Source of the DNA: Octopus sinensis
Lineage: Eukaryota
Reading direction: 5' to 3'
DNA: 64,000 nt
Assembly: GCF_006345805.1 (NCBI RefSeq)
Contig: NC_043004.1
Span: 46,810,001 to 46,874,000, forward strand
The position numbers were made by a program, and so were the translations under genes. Position 1 is the stretch's first letter, and every line of letters begins with the position of its first letter. Below, piece after piece: positions 40,648 to 51,785 of this stretch. The notes under the pieces were generated by a model. It worked only from the letters and a program-made list of their open reading frames with translations. It searched no databases and was not told the origin of the DNA.

Positions 40648-40990
40648 TTTTTTACTTGTTTCAAGCATTAGACTGGGACCATGTTGGAGCACCGCCTTTT
40701 AATCGAAGAAATCGCACTCTGGACTTATTCTTTGTAAGCCTAGTACTTATTCTATCTTTCTCCTCTAGGTTACGGGGATGTAAACACACCAACAACTGTT
40801 GGCAAACGATGCGGTGAAGGACAAACATAGACACAATGAAACACACATAAATATATACATTTATATACGGCGGGCTTCTTTCAGTTTCCTTCTACCAAAT
40901 CCGTTCACAACAAGGCTTTGGTCGGCCCAAGGCTATAGTAGACATTTGCCCAAGGTGCCAGAGCCATGTGGCTTGGAAGTAAGCTACTTT
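40648..40990 (-). mobile_element. SINE family A, degraded
   Basis: GGAGCACCGCC..GGACTTATTCTTTGTAAGCCTAGTACTT..GGCTTTGGTCGGCCC. Confidence 0.85.
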
Positions 40991-41358
40991 ATTTCATGAA
41001 AATTTGCCATTAAGGCGTTACATAGAGGGGACATACAAGGACAGACAAACATATAGGGTGTAGTAGCTTAAAACGTTTTAGTATTTACAATAAAATGGGT
41101 ACAGTATTTACAATATAACGTTTACACATTTAATATCACATAGTAGAGGAAGAAACCCAGCCATCTGTGTAGAACCTTTACTTTTTTACCCGGCCACACT
41201 TACCTGGTGCCAAATATACCCAGATTGCAAGCTACAGGCTTCCATATTTTCACAAACATATCTCGTGACAGACACCTCTTCTCCAGACTGATCGTACTAC
41301 CGAGGTGGTAACTAAAAAAGTTAACCAACCCCTGGCTGGGTACCACACAGCCACGCAT

Positions 41359-41421
<63 letters not shown>

Positions 41422-41690
41422 GTGTAGGAAGAAATGGAGCTGAACGAAGATTTAACAAAATTCCTTTTTATTATTTTCTACATATGTTTCTGTTGTGATT
41501 TTTGCTACCCAAGTATCGGTTATCATTTGAATTATCCGTAATAAGATAATTCATTTATCTACTTCAATAATATATATATATATATATAATATATATATAT
41601 ACATGATAATCATTATTAATATAATAGGCAGTTGGTTAGTAACGTATCACCAAAAAGGAAAATATAACTGTCATTAAATATGATACGAAG

Positions 41691-41865
41691 TGTTAGAGCA
41701 CCTACAATGTTAGAGATAAGAGCTTAAGTGCTCTGAAGCTGCAGTCAACACATGCAATTGTATACATACATAGTGACAGCGACGGTAACCGGCCGAAAGT
41801 GGCGGACGTGATATCATGACTGCCACTTTCGGTCGTTTACCGTCACTGTCAATGTGTGTATATAT

Positions 41866-41908
<43 letters not shown>

Positions 41909-41978
41909 CAATTATGTGCATTGACTGCAGTGACAGAGCATTTTAGCTCTTGATTCTAAAATTGTAGCTGCTCTGACA
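41691..41978. repeat. Fold-back (palindromic) element, MITE-like
   Basis: Outer arms TGTTAGAGCACCTACAATGTTAGAG.. / ..CTAAAATTGTAGCTGCTCTGACA. Inner 30-bp stem at 41774-41803 / 41822-41851 with an 18-nt loop. Confidence 0.85.
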
Positions 41979-42018
41979 ACTTTGTCATATTGTGCGTGTT
42001 GCTTGTGTGTGTGTGTAG

Positions 42019-42760
42019 TCAGGGTACGATGGATAAATTATCACCATTTTATATTTTTAACTTTGCTTATGCTTATTGTTTTCTTTTGATTTTGTCGACT
42101 AAACAGTATAGTAGAGTCAGTTGGGTACCGTTTGTGAGAAAAACAACACCATGATGAAATCTGAGATACAACGAGAGTGATAAAAATCAAACATCCAGTC
42201 AGCATCATGGTGTATGGAGTGATCACTAGTGATGGCGACGTTATGCCATCATTCAGCTACCCACAGGGCCTCAGACTCACAACGGAAGCCAACATCAAGT
42301 GCCTGGAGGAGGTAGTGCTGCTCTGAGTCCAAAGGGTTGCTGCTGGAAGACCCTATGTTTGACAACAGGAATCTGCATCTTGCCGCACAAGGAAGTGAAC
42401 CCAATCATAGCTGTCAGACAATTTCCGTGACCATATCACGCCAAACATCTGGCCACCTAGCTCCCTAGACGGCATTCTCCTTGATTATTATATGTTGGGT
42501 GCAAATGTGTGAGAGACCAACAAAATACCTTGTAACACCAAGGATAACCTGAAGTCAAGAATTATAGCAGCACTGACCAACTTAAACAAGGAGGCTGTCC
42601 AGAAGAGGTGAATGAGATTCCGACGTTATCAGGAAGTTGAAGCCAATATCGATTTTATTGAATATATTTATTCTTTCGTATTTCAAGATATTTAATTGGA
42701 TTTTTGGTAAATATATCTGTCAAAATGAGATGTCGGTGTTATTTCCATTTGTGGGTAATT
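42019..42760 (+). mobile_element. Tc1/mariner (DD37D/maT-like) transposase remnant
   Basis: KHPVSIMVYGVITSDG, GRPYV.QQESA, NIWPPSSLD..LDYYMLG, LKSRIIAA. The boundaries are approximate. Confidence 0.7.
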
Positions 42761-42832
42761 TAGACAACAGTTATATATATATATTATAATATATATATAT
42801 AATATATATATATATATTATATATATATATAT

Positions 42833-42871
<39 letters not shown>

Positions 42872-42875
<4 letters not shown>

Positions 42876-43745
42876 AACGTCAAACCAAACATTTCAAAAC
42901 TAGAAAAGTCTGCCCTTATACGTCTTAAAAATGACAACACAATTGTTATCAAACGAGCGGATAAGGGGTGTGCCACTGTTATAACGGACACAGAATATTA
43001 CCGGGATCTAGCTGAAGATCCTTTGAAAGATACAACAATTTACCGTGAAATACCCTGAAATATTGACCACTGCATCATGAAGAAACTCAGTTATTTAGTC
43101 TTAAGACATTATAACTCCCTCACGTCTAATTCAAGGAACTATATTACCAAATTCTAGTCGAAATCCAGCAACTTCTATAGCTTACCGAAAATATGCATGT
43201 CAAAAGAAGTACAAAACTCTATAAAGGAACAAAGTAGTGAACATAAATCTACTACAACCAAAAGACCGTAAACTAACACCCATTATAACTGGTGCAGCAA
43301 GTCCTACACATCGGTTGAGCTATGTCATTGACATTATCCTAAAGCCACTATGTAATCAAATACCCAGTTTCATTTAGGATGTCATCGATTTCCTGTTACA
43401 TCTACCCAGACCAACAGAACCCACTTCACTGTTAGTTTTGATGTAACACACTTACAAACGAACACTCCATATGATTTGGGAATTACTGCCATAAAATATT
43501 GGGTCGAGAAACACAGAGAAGTGATCCCCGGTAGATTTACATTAACCTTTGTACTAGACGTGGTCAGCCTCATCTTCGAAAACAATACATTCATTTCCAA
43601 GGGGAAACAATTTAACTCCAAACTCAAGGCACAGCTATGGGAACGCTATTTGCTACAGTTTTCGCGAACTAAGTTTTGGGCTACTTGGAACAAAACCTAT
43701 ATACTTTTTTTAAATTCTGTAACCCCAGCATTGTTCGCACTAATA
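42872..43745 (+). mobile_element. Penelope-like element RT fragment, decayed
   Basis: LKNDNTIVIKRADKGCATVI, FYSLPKI, PIITGAASPT, FDVTHLQTN, GTAMGTLFA..LGYLEQ. Confidence 0.85.
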
Positions 43746-44109
43746 TCAATAAAATTTAGATGCTCCATATATGAATAATCAAAGAAACAAATAATTTCCT
43801 TGTGTTATCACGAAATGTCTAAATGCACCCTTTTTTAACGATGTAACTAGAAAGCTAATTAAATTATAAGCACTTGTGTACAATACATCTGGCTAAAAAA
43901 GCTCTTTTACCTTGAACATTTCTGCAAAGTTATTTTTACAAGTAATTCACTATAAATGTAATTCGCGACGTTTTTTCGGGCATAAATTTGTCAATTTTTG
44001 TATGAAATTACTGTTTCTGATCTACGATACCTTTATGCAATTAACCCATTTTTGCAACCTGTTCACGCTTTAATCGTGTATTGTTTTCTCTCTGGATTTA
44101 TTTTAAAAG

Positions 44110-44282
44110 CATTTGACTTCGATGTCAGTGGTGACAAGCTATATTGGCCTTTGCTTTTCCCTTGGAGGTTAACATCCGAAGTGCAATCCAATGCTCATTC
44201 AAGAACGGAGTCTTTCTCTCTCTCTCTCTCTTTATATATATACATACATACTACATACATACATACATACATACATACATCA

Positions 44283-44313
<31 letters not shown>

Positions 44314-44314
44314 G

Positions 44315-44354
<40 letters not shown>

Positions 44355-44600
44355 CATACATACATACATATTTATATATATATATATATATCCGATTCTG
44401 GGACCGGGCTGTGTGATGTGATCTCGAGCAAGACACTTTATTTTACGTTGTTCCAGATAACTCAGCTGTACAAATGAGTTGTAACGTCACTGATGCTAAG
44501 TTGTATCGGCCTTTGCCTTTCCCTTGGATAACATCTGTGGAACCGGGAGTGGAGGCCGGTGTGTATGGGCAACTACTGGTCTTTCCCATGGTTATTAATA
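44110..44600 (+). mobile_element. Two fragments of a third SINE-like family
   Basis: GGCCTTTGC.TTTCCCTTGGA occurs at about 44145, 44508 and 53320. The copy at 44400 has TCGAGCAAGACACTT. Confidence 0.5.
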
Positions 44601-44847
44601 AACAAATAGTGTCTTTACATATTTCACAACCAGCATCGCAAATTACACAAGCACTACAAACTCCAGTACCACTAAATCTAGAATTGTTCTATTCTACAAC
44701 CTACTCAAGAATATTTAATATATAATATATATAATTCTATTCTTTCCAGGAAAGTTGGTAGTCAAACAACCACCTTTACATTAATTGACATCTCTGAACA
44801 TTTTTTCGTAAAAATGAGCGTATATATATATATTAATATATATATAT

Positions 44848-44880
<33 letters not shown>

Positions 44881-44963
44881 GTATATATATATGTATGTAT
44901 ATATATATATATATATATAGATATATATATATATAATATATATTCATATATATATATATATTC

Positions 44964-45090
<127 letters not shown>

Positions 45091-45736
45091 GTGTGCGTGT
45101 GTGTGTGTGCGTAGATATGTCAATTCGTGTGTGGGTGTGTTAATGTGTGTAATTGCGTGAAGTAATGATCGGAATAATCTATCATTGACTAATGCAAACA
45201 TATATATGCCAAGAATACAAACTCTTTATGAGATACATTTAAGACATTATTATTGTATCAGCATAACATGTCCTTAACAACTTTTCAATTGTATCTCAGA
45301 CAATATTATGAAAATTAAAGAGAAGAAAACAACTCGAGAAACAATTACAGAGATGAAGAATCATTATGTTATTTTAGTACAAAAGCTCTTGCCGAAGCAA
45401 CATATACGATGTAAAGAACAATGTCACTACAATTGAAAAGACAATATTGTGTCTGGAAATTTTACACCATTGATGATATTATGCCATCCAAAATACATGA
45501 TTACTCACCGTCAATAAGTGATTTTAAGAAATCGCTATATAAAGAAAATAATAAAAAAACTTATTCATATACATACAATTATATATATATATGCACACAT
45601 ACATATAAATTTATATATATATATATGTACATATATACATATAGATATATATATATATATATATATACAATATATATATATGCACACATACATATATATA
45701 AATTTATATATATATGCACACATACATATATAAATT

Positions 45737-45803
<67 letters not shown>

Positions 45804-46742
45804 ATGTATGTATGTACGTATGTATGTACGTACGTGTGTGTGTATGTATGCACGTATGTATTTATGAATGTATGTATGTATGTGTGTGTGTATATATGTA
45901 TGTAAATCACTGTAAGGTTTTTATTAATGGAAACAACCTTCAGTGACGATATGATTTATATAAAGCACTATTGTATCTGGGAGACATTATCTGAAGTTAA
46001 TTGAAACAAGATCTACTTATTGCCATTCTTTGCCAGTCTCTTCAATTTGGAGAGAAGTCTACTCTTAACGTTAGTGATATTTATTTGCATGAATCTCTTA
46101 GATTGCCTTTAATTATTCACTTCTGTATTCACCCAACGTTTACATTTTGGATTGTGCATAATCGCTTGTTTATATGTGTTTTCTAATGCCAGGAACGAAA
46201 TTTCTAGATAAATGAATTATGTCTGTATTGCAACAAATCCATTTGCTTTCAAGAAGCACGGATTACGCTATATAACAGGCCTGGTTTTCTTCGCATTTGC
46301 ACATATTCAATTTCCTGAAAGCACTCAACTAAGCTTCTGTGATCCACTTTCACGTATATATCTAAATACTTGCATTGTTGCTATAGAAATCGCGTCGCTT
46401 GAATCTATTCAAAGATTTATCTTGTGACCGTTTATTTTCATTTGTCTCATACACTCAGCAGGCATTCTTTACAGTGATTTCTCTGTATGAAATTTAGCTT
46501 TTGGTTATCTTCCTACTTCACTAGAGCAATGTAGTGAGTTTATTCTCAATGGAATATGCCGAATGATTGTTCAACTTTCTCCATAGAGACCTTCTAGACA
46601 ACACACATACACAACCACTCACGGCCACGCACAACACAATATTTAACATGCCACTGCTAAAATAAAATTGCGTTTCCGTTCAGAATCTTTCGAACAATGT
46701 TGTAGTCGTTCACGACAGTCTAAATTATTTTTGTTGCCTTCG

Positions 46743-46930
46743 ATGCAGGCGAGCTTGTAGGGAAAGTAGCTTCCATCCCAACCATAACGTTCTCGGTTCA
46801 ATTTTACTGTGTGACACCTTGGGAAAATGTCTCGGACACACCAAAGCCTTGTGATTATATTTAGCACGTGGGAGCTGAAAGATGCCCGTCACACACACAT
46901 ACATTTATATATATATATATATATATATAT
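46743..46930 (+). mobile_element. SINE family A 5' half, interrupted by RTE
   Basis: GCAGG..AAGTAGCTT..CCAACCA..GGTTCA..ACCTTGGG..CCAAAGCCTTGTGA..CTGAAAGA.GCCCGTC, then the TA tract. Confidence 0.8.
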
Positions 46931-47220
46931 ATCATCATCATCATCATCGTCGTTTAACGTCCGTTCTCCATGCTAGCATGGGTTGGACGGTTCGACCGGG
47001 GTTCTGGGAAGCCAGAAGGCTGCACCAGGCTCCAGTCTAATTTGGCAATGTTTCTACAGCTGGATGCCCTTCCTAACGCCAACCACTCCGTGAGTGTAGT
47101 GGGTGCTTTTTACGTGCCACCTGCACAGGTGCCAGGCGGGGCTGGCAACGGCCACGGTCAGATTGGTGTATTCTATGTGCCACCACCGGCACGGAAGCCA
47201 GTCGATGCGGTGCTGGCATC

Positions 47221-47835
47221 GGCCACGAGTCGGATAGTGCTTTTTACGTACCACCAGACCAGGGATCCTGGCTGGTTCAATTCGATTTCGATTTCGCTTG
47301 CCCCAACATGTCTTCACAAGCAAAGGGGGTTGGCAAGGGTGCCTGTCGTACGGTCGCATTGGAGTATTTTACGTGACACGGCCACGAGTCGGATAGTGCT
47401 TTATGTACCACCAGACCAGGGATACTGGCTGGTTCAATTCGATTTCGATTTCGATTTCGCTTGCCCCAACATGTCTTCACAAGCAAAGGGGGTTGGCAAG
47501 GGTGCCTGTCGTACGGTCGCATTGGAGTATTTTACGTGCCACGGCCACGAGTCGGATAGTGCTTTACGTACCACCAGACCAGGGATCCTGGCTGGTTCAA
47601 TTCGATTTCGATTTCGCTTGCCCCAACATGTCTTCACAAGCAAAGGGGGTTGGCATGGGTGCCTGTCGTACGGTCGCATTGGAGTATTTTACGTGCCACG
47701 GCCCCGAGTCGGATAGTGCTTTTTACGTACCACCAGGCCAGGGATCCTGGCTGGTTCAATTCGGTTTCGATTTCGATTTCGCTTGCCCCAACATGTCTTC
47801 GCAAGCATGGGGGGTTGGGATGGGTGTCTGTCGTC
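47221..47835. repeat. ~160-bp tandem repeat in RTE 3' UTR (about 3.7 copies)
   Basis: GCC.CGAGTCGGATAGTGCTTT occurs at 47222, 47381, 47544 and 47701. Confidence 0.95.
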
Positions 47836-47917
47836 GGATGAGGTTCTATATCGACTTCGCTTGCCTCAACCGGTCTTTGTGTCCAAGGGAGGAAAGGCAT
47901 TCATAAGTGGGCTGGGC

Positions 47918-50900
47918 TCACTTGTCCTGCCTGGTCTTCTCACGTACAGAATATTTCCAAAGGTCTCGGTCTCTGGTCATTTCCTCAGTGAGGCCTAAAG
48001 TTCGAAGGTCGTGCTTCACCACCTCGTCCCAGGTTTTCCTGGGTCTACCTCTTCCACGGGTTCCCTCAACTGCTAGGGATTGGCACTTTCTCACACACCT
48101 ATCTTCATCCATTCTCGCCACATGACCATACCAGCGCAATCGTCTCTCTTGCACACCACAACTGATGCTTCTTAGGTACAACATTTCTCTCAAGGTGCTA
48201 ACGCTCTGTCGAGTATGTACACTGACATTACACATCCATCGGAGCATACTGGCTTCATTCCTCACGAGCTTACGCATGTCCTCAGCAGTCACAGCCCATG
48301 TTTCGCTGCCATGTAGCATGGCTGTTCGTACACACGCATCATACAGTCTGCCTTTTACTCTGAGCGAGAGGCCTTTAGTCACCAGCAGAGGTAAGAGCTC
48401 CCTAAACTTTGCCCAGGCTATTCTTATTCTAGCAGTTACACTTTCAGCGCACCCACCCCCACTACTGACTTGGTCACCTAGATAACGGAAGCTATCAACT
48501 ACTTCTAGTTTTTCCCCCTGGAAAGTGACGGAAGTTGTTTTCTGCAGATTTTCGGAGGTTAATGCTCCCGAGCATCTGCCACATACAAAAACTATCTTCC
48601 CAGTTAGCCTACCTTTGACATTGCTGCACCTCTTATGTGTCCATAGCTTACACTGGGTACATCTTATAGAGTTTCTACCTACACCTTTTCTACAGATCGA
48701 GCAGGGCCATCTTCCTGAAGATATTTGTGGATTGTCTACCTTTCTACTTATTAGTACTTTGGTTTTAGCTAGGTTGACTCTAAGGCCCCTTGATTCTAAA
48801 CCCTCCTTCCACACCTGGAACTTCTCCTCCAGTTCTGATAGTGACTCAGCAATAAGAGCAAGGTCGTCAGCGTAGAGGAGCTCCCAGGGACAGCCTGTCT
48901 TGAATTCCTCCGTAATTGCCTGGAGTACTATGATAAATAGGAGGGGGCTGAGTACTGAACCCTGGTGGACCCCAACCTCTACTTTGAATTCTTCTGTGTA
49001 CATGTTGCCAACCCTAACCTTACTTACGGCATCTCTGTACATGGCTTGCACAGTCCTCACCAGCCATTCATCTATCCCTAGTTTCCTCATTGACCACCAG
49101 ATAAGGGATCGGGGGACCCTATCAAAAGCTTTCTCCATGTCAACGAAAGCTAGGTACAGGGGCTTATCTTTGGCTAGGTATTTCTCCTGCAGCTGCCTTA
49201 CCAGGAATATAGCATCAGTGGTACTTTTTCCTGGCACGAACCCAAACTGCATCTCATCTAAACTAACTCTCTCTCTAATTAGTTGGGCTATGACCCTCTC
49301 CGTAACCTTCATTACTTGATCCAACAGCTTGATACCTCTGTAATTATTTGTATCTAGGGCATCACCTTTACCTTTGTAGCAGTTGACTAGTATGCTGCTG
49401 CACCAGTCATTGGGTATGACTCCTTCGTGTATCACCTGGTTGACTATACGGGTGACTAGGTTATAGCCGACACTGCCAGATATTTTGAGCATCTCTGCAG
49501 TAATTCCTGATGGGCCTGGGGCTTTCCCTGTCTTCATGCTTCTAATTGCCTTAGCTACCACGGAACTATCAACTCGGATAGCTGGTCCCTCTGTAGGGTC
49601 AACATTCGGCAGACTCTCTTTATCCCATTCATTTTCCTCATTCAGTAACCTTTCATAGTGGCGTCTCCAAGCTTCTCTCTTTGCATCCTCATTTAGCGCA
49701 AGTGAACCATCCTCCATGCGAACACATTTCTCTCCTACCACATCACGATTCTCTCTCACACACTGTCTTGCAACACGAAATACCTCAAGTCTTTCATCCT
49801 CACGGCGCAGGACATTGGCAAATTTTCTCTTATCTGCTTCCCCTCTGGCTAGATAGACCTGTCTCCTAGCTTCCCTTCTGGCAGTCTGATACCCTTCCCT
49901 GCTACCACCGTTCTTCCAGGCCTTCCAAGCCTGTTTCTTTTGTCTAATAGCCCTGTCAACAATATTGTTCCACCACCACGTTATTTTGGGTCTTAAGGGG
50001 ACTTTGCACCAGCCACAGATCTGGTCAGCGGCTTTCAGCAGGTTGTCCCTCAGAAACGTCCAGTTGTCTTCTACCCCATGTGTAGCTATACCCCCTTCCA
50101 CTTCGTCAAAGGCTTCAAGTAACATATCTCTAAATCTCTGTCCATTCGCAGGGGCTTTAAGCTTCCAGACCCTTCTTCTCCATGTTGGTCGTCTTCTAGT
50201 CGCCCTCTTAGTCCTGATCCTAAAGTCACTAACTACCAGTCTATGTTGTGGGGTGCATTCTTCGCCTGGGAAGGTTTTGGCATTTTTAAGCAGCCATCTT
50301 TCCCTTTTTCTGGCAAGGATGTAGTCGATTTGGCTAGTATGCCGGCCCGATCGGTAGGTGACCAGGTGGCTTGTTGGTTTCCTGAAGTTAGTGTTGCAGA
50401 CCATAAGACTATTCGCATCGCAGAACTCCAGCAGCCTGGTTCCCTCCTCGTTGCGGGAACCATAACCGTAGCCTCCATGTACGCCATGGAAGCCCCCAGC
50501 ATGTCGTCCAACATGCCCATTGAAATCACCAGCCACAAAGAGAAGGTCCCTGTCGTTCGTCGATGAGGTGGTCTGCAGTAGGGTGTCATAGAAACTGTCT
50601 TTCTGTCCATCGGGTAGCCCTGGCTGAGGGGCATAGGCCGATATAATGGTTGCTAATCTATTATGAAGCACTATTCTAATCTTAAGTATTCTGTCACTTA
50701 CTCTGATTACCTCAATTACTCTATCTATCCATTTCTCAGCGATAATTATACCCACGCCACCAACCCCGTCAGTGTTCCCTGCCCAGAAAATCTTGTACCT
50801 GTGTCCCTTGCCTGTGAGGACCCTAGCAGATCCTCCTCTCCACCTTATTTCTTGCATACAACATACATCAACACGTCTCCGTTCAAGCATCTCGACTATC

Positions 50901-51040
50901 TCGCCAGACCTACCTTTCAATGTGCCAACGTTGAGGGTGCCTACCCTGAGGGTGTGGGAGGTGTGGGCCTCTGAGACCCTGGGATGAGGGGCCGCAGTGT
51001 TCTGTACCTGAAAAGAAAGCTTGCATTTGCCAGATATCAT
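47918..51040 (-). CDS. RTE LINE polyprotein: AP endonuclease + reverse transcriptase, 1040 aa, uninterrupted
   Basis: APE motifs TLNVGTL, CMQEIRW, AGDFNGHVG, SQIDYIL and QHRLVV. RT motifs GKAPGPSG, NYRGIKLL, QFGF, FVDMEKAFDRV, GVHQGSVLSPLLF, LYADDL and FRYLG. Confidence 0.97.
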   Translation of the reverse strand: MISGKCKLSFQVQNTAAPHPRVSEAHTSHTLRVGTLNVGTLKGRSGEIVEMLERRRVDVCCMQEIRWRGGSARVLTGKGHRYKIFWAGNTDGVGGVGIIIAEKWIDRVIEVIRVSDRILKIRIVLHNRLATIISAYAPQPGLPDGQKDSFYDTLLQTTSSTNDRDLLFVAGDFNGHVGRHAGGFHGVHGGYGYGSRNEEGTRLLEFCDANSLMVCNTNFRKPTSHLVTYRSGRHTSQIDYILARKRERWLLKNAKTFPGEECTPQHRLVVSDFRIRTKRATRRRPTWRRRVWKLKAPANGQRFRDMLLEAFDEVEGGIATHGVEDNWTFLRDNLLKAADQICGWCKVPLRPKITWWWNNIVDRAIRQKKQAWKAWKNGGSREGYQTARREARRQVYLARGEADKRKFANVLRREDERLEVFRVARQCVRENRDVVGEKCVRMEDGSLALNEDAKREAWRRHYERLLNEENEWDKESLPNVDPTEGPAIRVDSSVVAKAIRSMKTGKAPGPSGITAEMLKISGSVGYNLVTRIVNQVIHEGVIPNDWCSSILVNCYKGKGDALDTNNYRGIKLLDQVMKVTERVIAQLIRERVSLDEMQFGFVPGKSTTDAIFLVRQLQEKYLAKDKPLYLAFVDMEKAFDRVPRSLIWWSMRKLGIDEWLVRTVQAMYRDAVSKVRVGNMYTEEFKVEVGVHQGSVLSPLLFIIVLQAITEEFKTGCPWELLYADDLALIAESLSELEEKFQVWKEGLESRGLRVNLAKTKVLISRKVDNPQISSGRWPCSICRKGVGRNSIRCTQCKLWTHKRCSNVKGRLTGKIVFVCGRCSGALTSENLQKTTSVTFQGEKLEVVDSFRYLGDQVSSGGGCAESVTARIRIAWAKFRELLPLLVTKGLSLRVKGRLYDACVRTAMLHGSETWAVTAEDMRKLVRNEASMLRWMCNVSVHTRQSVSTLREMLYLRSISCGVQERRLRWYGHVARMDEDRCVRKCQSLAVEGTRGRGRPRKTWDEVVKHDLRTLGLTEEMTRDRDLWKYSVREKTRQDK

Positions 51041-51150
51041 ACTGAGACTCTAGACTACAACCTGCATAAATTTCAAAGTTTTTGCGCTATATGATCACAA
51101 TAAACCCTACATAGGGGTGCGGGGGGGGTCAAGAAAGATAGAAAACAGAA

Positions 51151-51286
51151 ACTTCCGGTTCTGGTAGAGGGGTGGGAGGGCGGGGTCACCTGAAAGATAG
51201 AAAACAGAAACTTCCGGTTCTAGTACACGGGTGGGAGGGCGGGGTCACCTCCAAGGAATAACAGGTTTTCGGGTGGGAGGGCGGGG
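51151..51286. promoter_or_regulatory. Repeated ETS-type (ACTTCCGG x2) and GC-box (GGGCGGGG x3) motifs upstream of the RTE ORF
   Basis: ACTTCCGG at 51151 and 51210; GGGCGGGG at 51178, 51237 and 51279. Function is inferred only. Confidence 0.4.
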
Positions 51287-51785
51287 TCACCTCCAAGGAA
51301 CAACAGGTTTTAAGTTAATACGTAGGGAATTTTCTGCGACAGAAATTACTGAACATCTAGAAACTTCGGGGTTCGATTAAAACATAATATAAATAGGAGA
51401 GAGGGAGAATATTGTAGTGAATTCTGGGGATGGAATAACAACGGGATGACACTGAAATTAAAGGAGGAATTTAAAATGCATGACAGACAGGAAGCCATGC
51501 ATACAAGATGGCGAAACAAATAATAGAGAAACGGGATTTAGGGTTACGAATCAACGCTTAAAAAATGAATATGAATGACAGGTTGTAAGTTAAATTCGCT
51601 TAGCTGGTCATTTTTCGAGTCAGTGTTTTGTCAGCAAGATGTAGAATCGAGAAGAAGGACGAGATAAATCGAACACTGCTTTATAAAGGGTTAGGGATTG
51701 GGGGGGGATTATCAGGTGGAAGCATGAGGAAAGAGAGGGGGGGAGGAAGAGAGAGAGAGAGAGAGCTAAGGGACAACATGTTTAA

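Noticed and set aside
43005-43040. CTGAAGA..GAAA in the Penelope fragment
   Set aside because: It lies in RT coding sequence, and no stem II or stem I pairing is possible.
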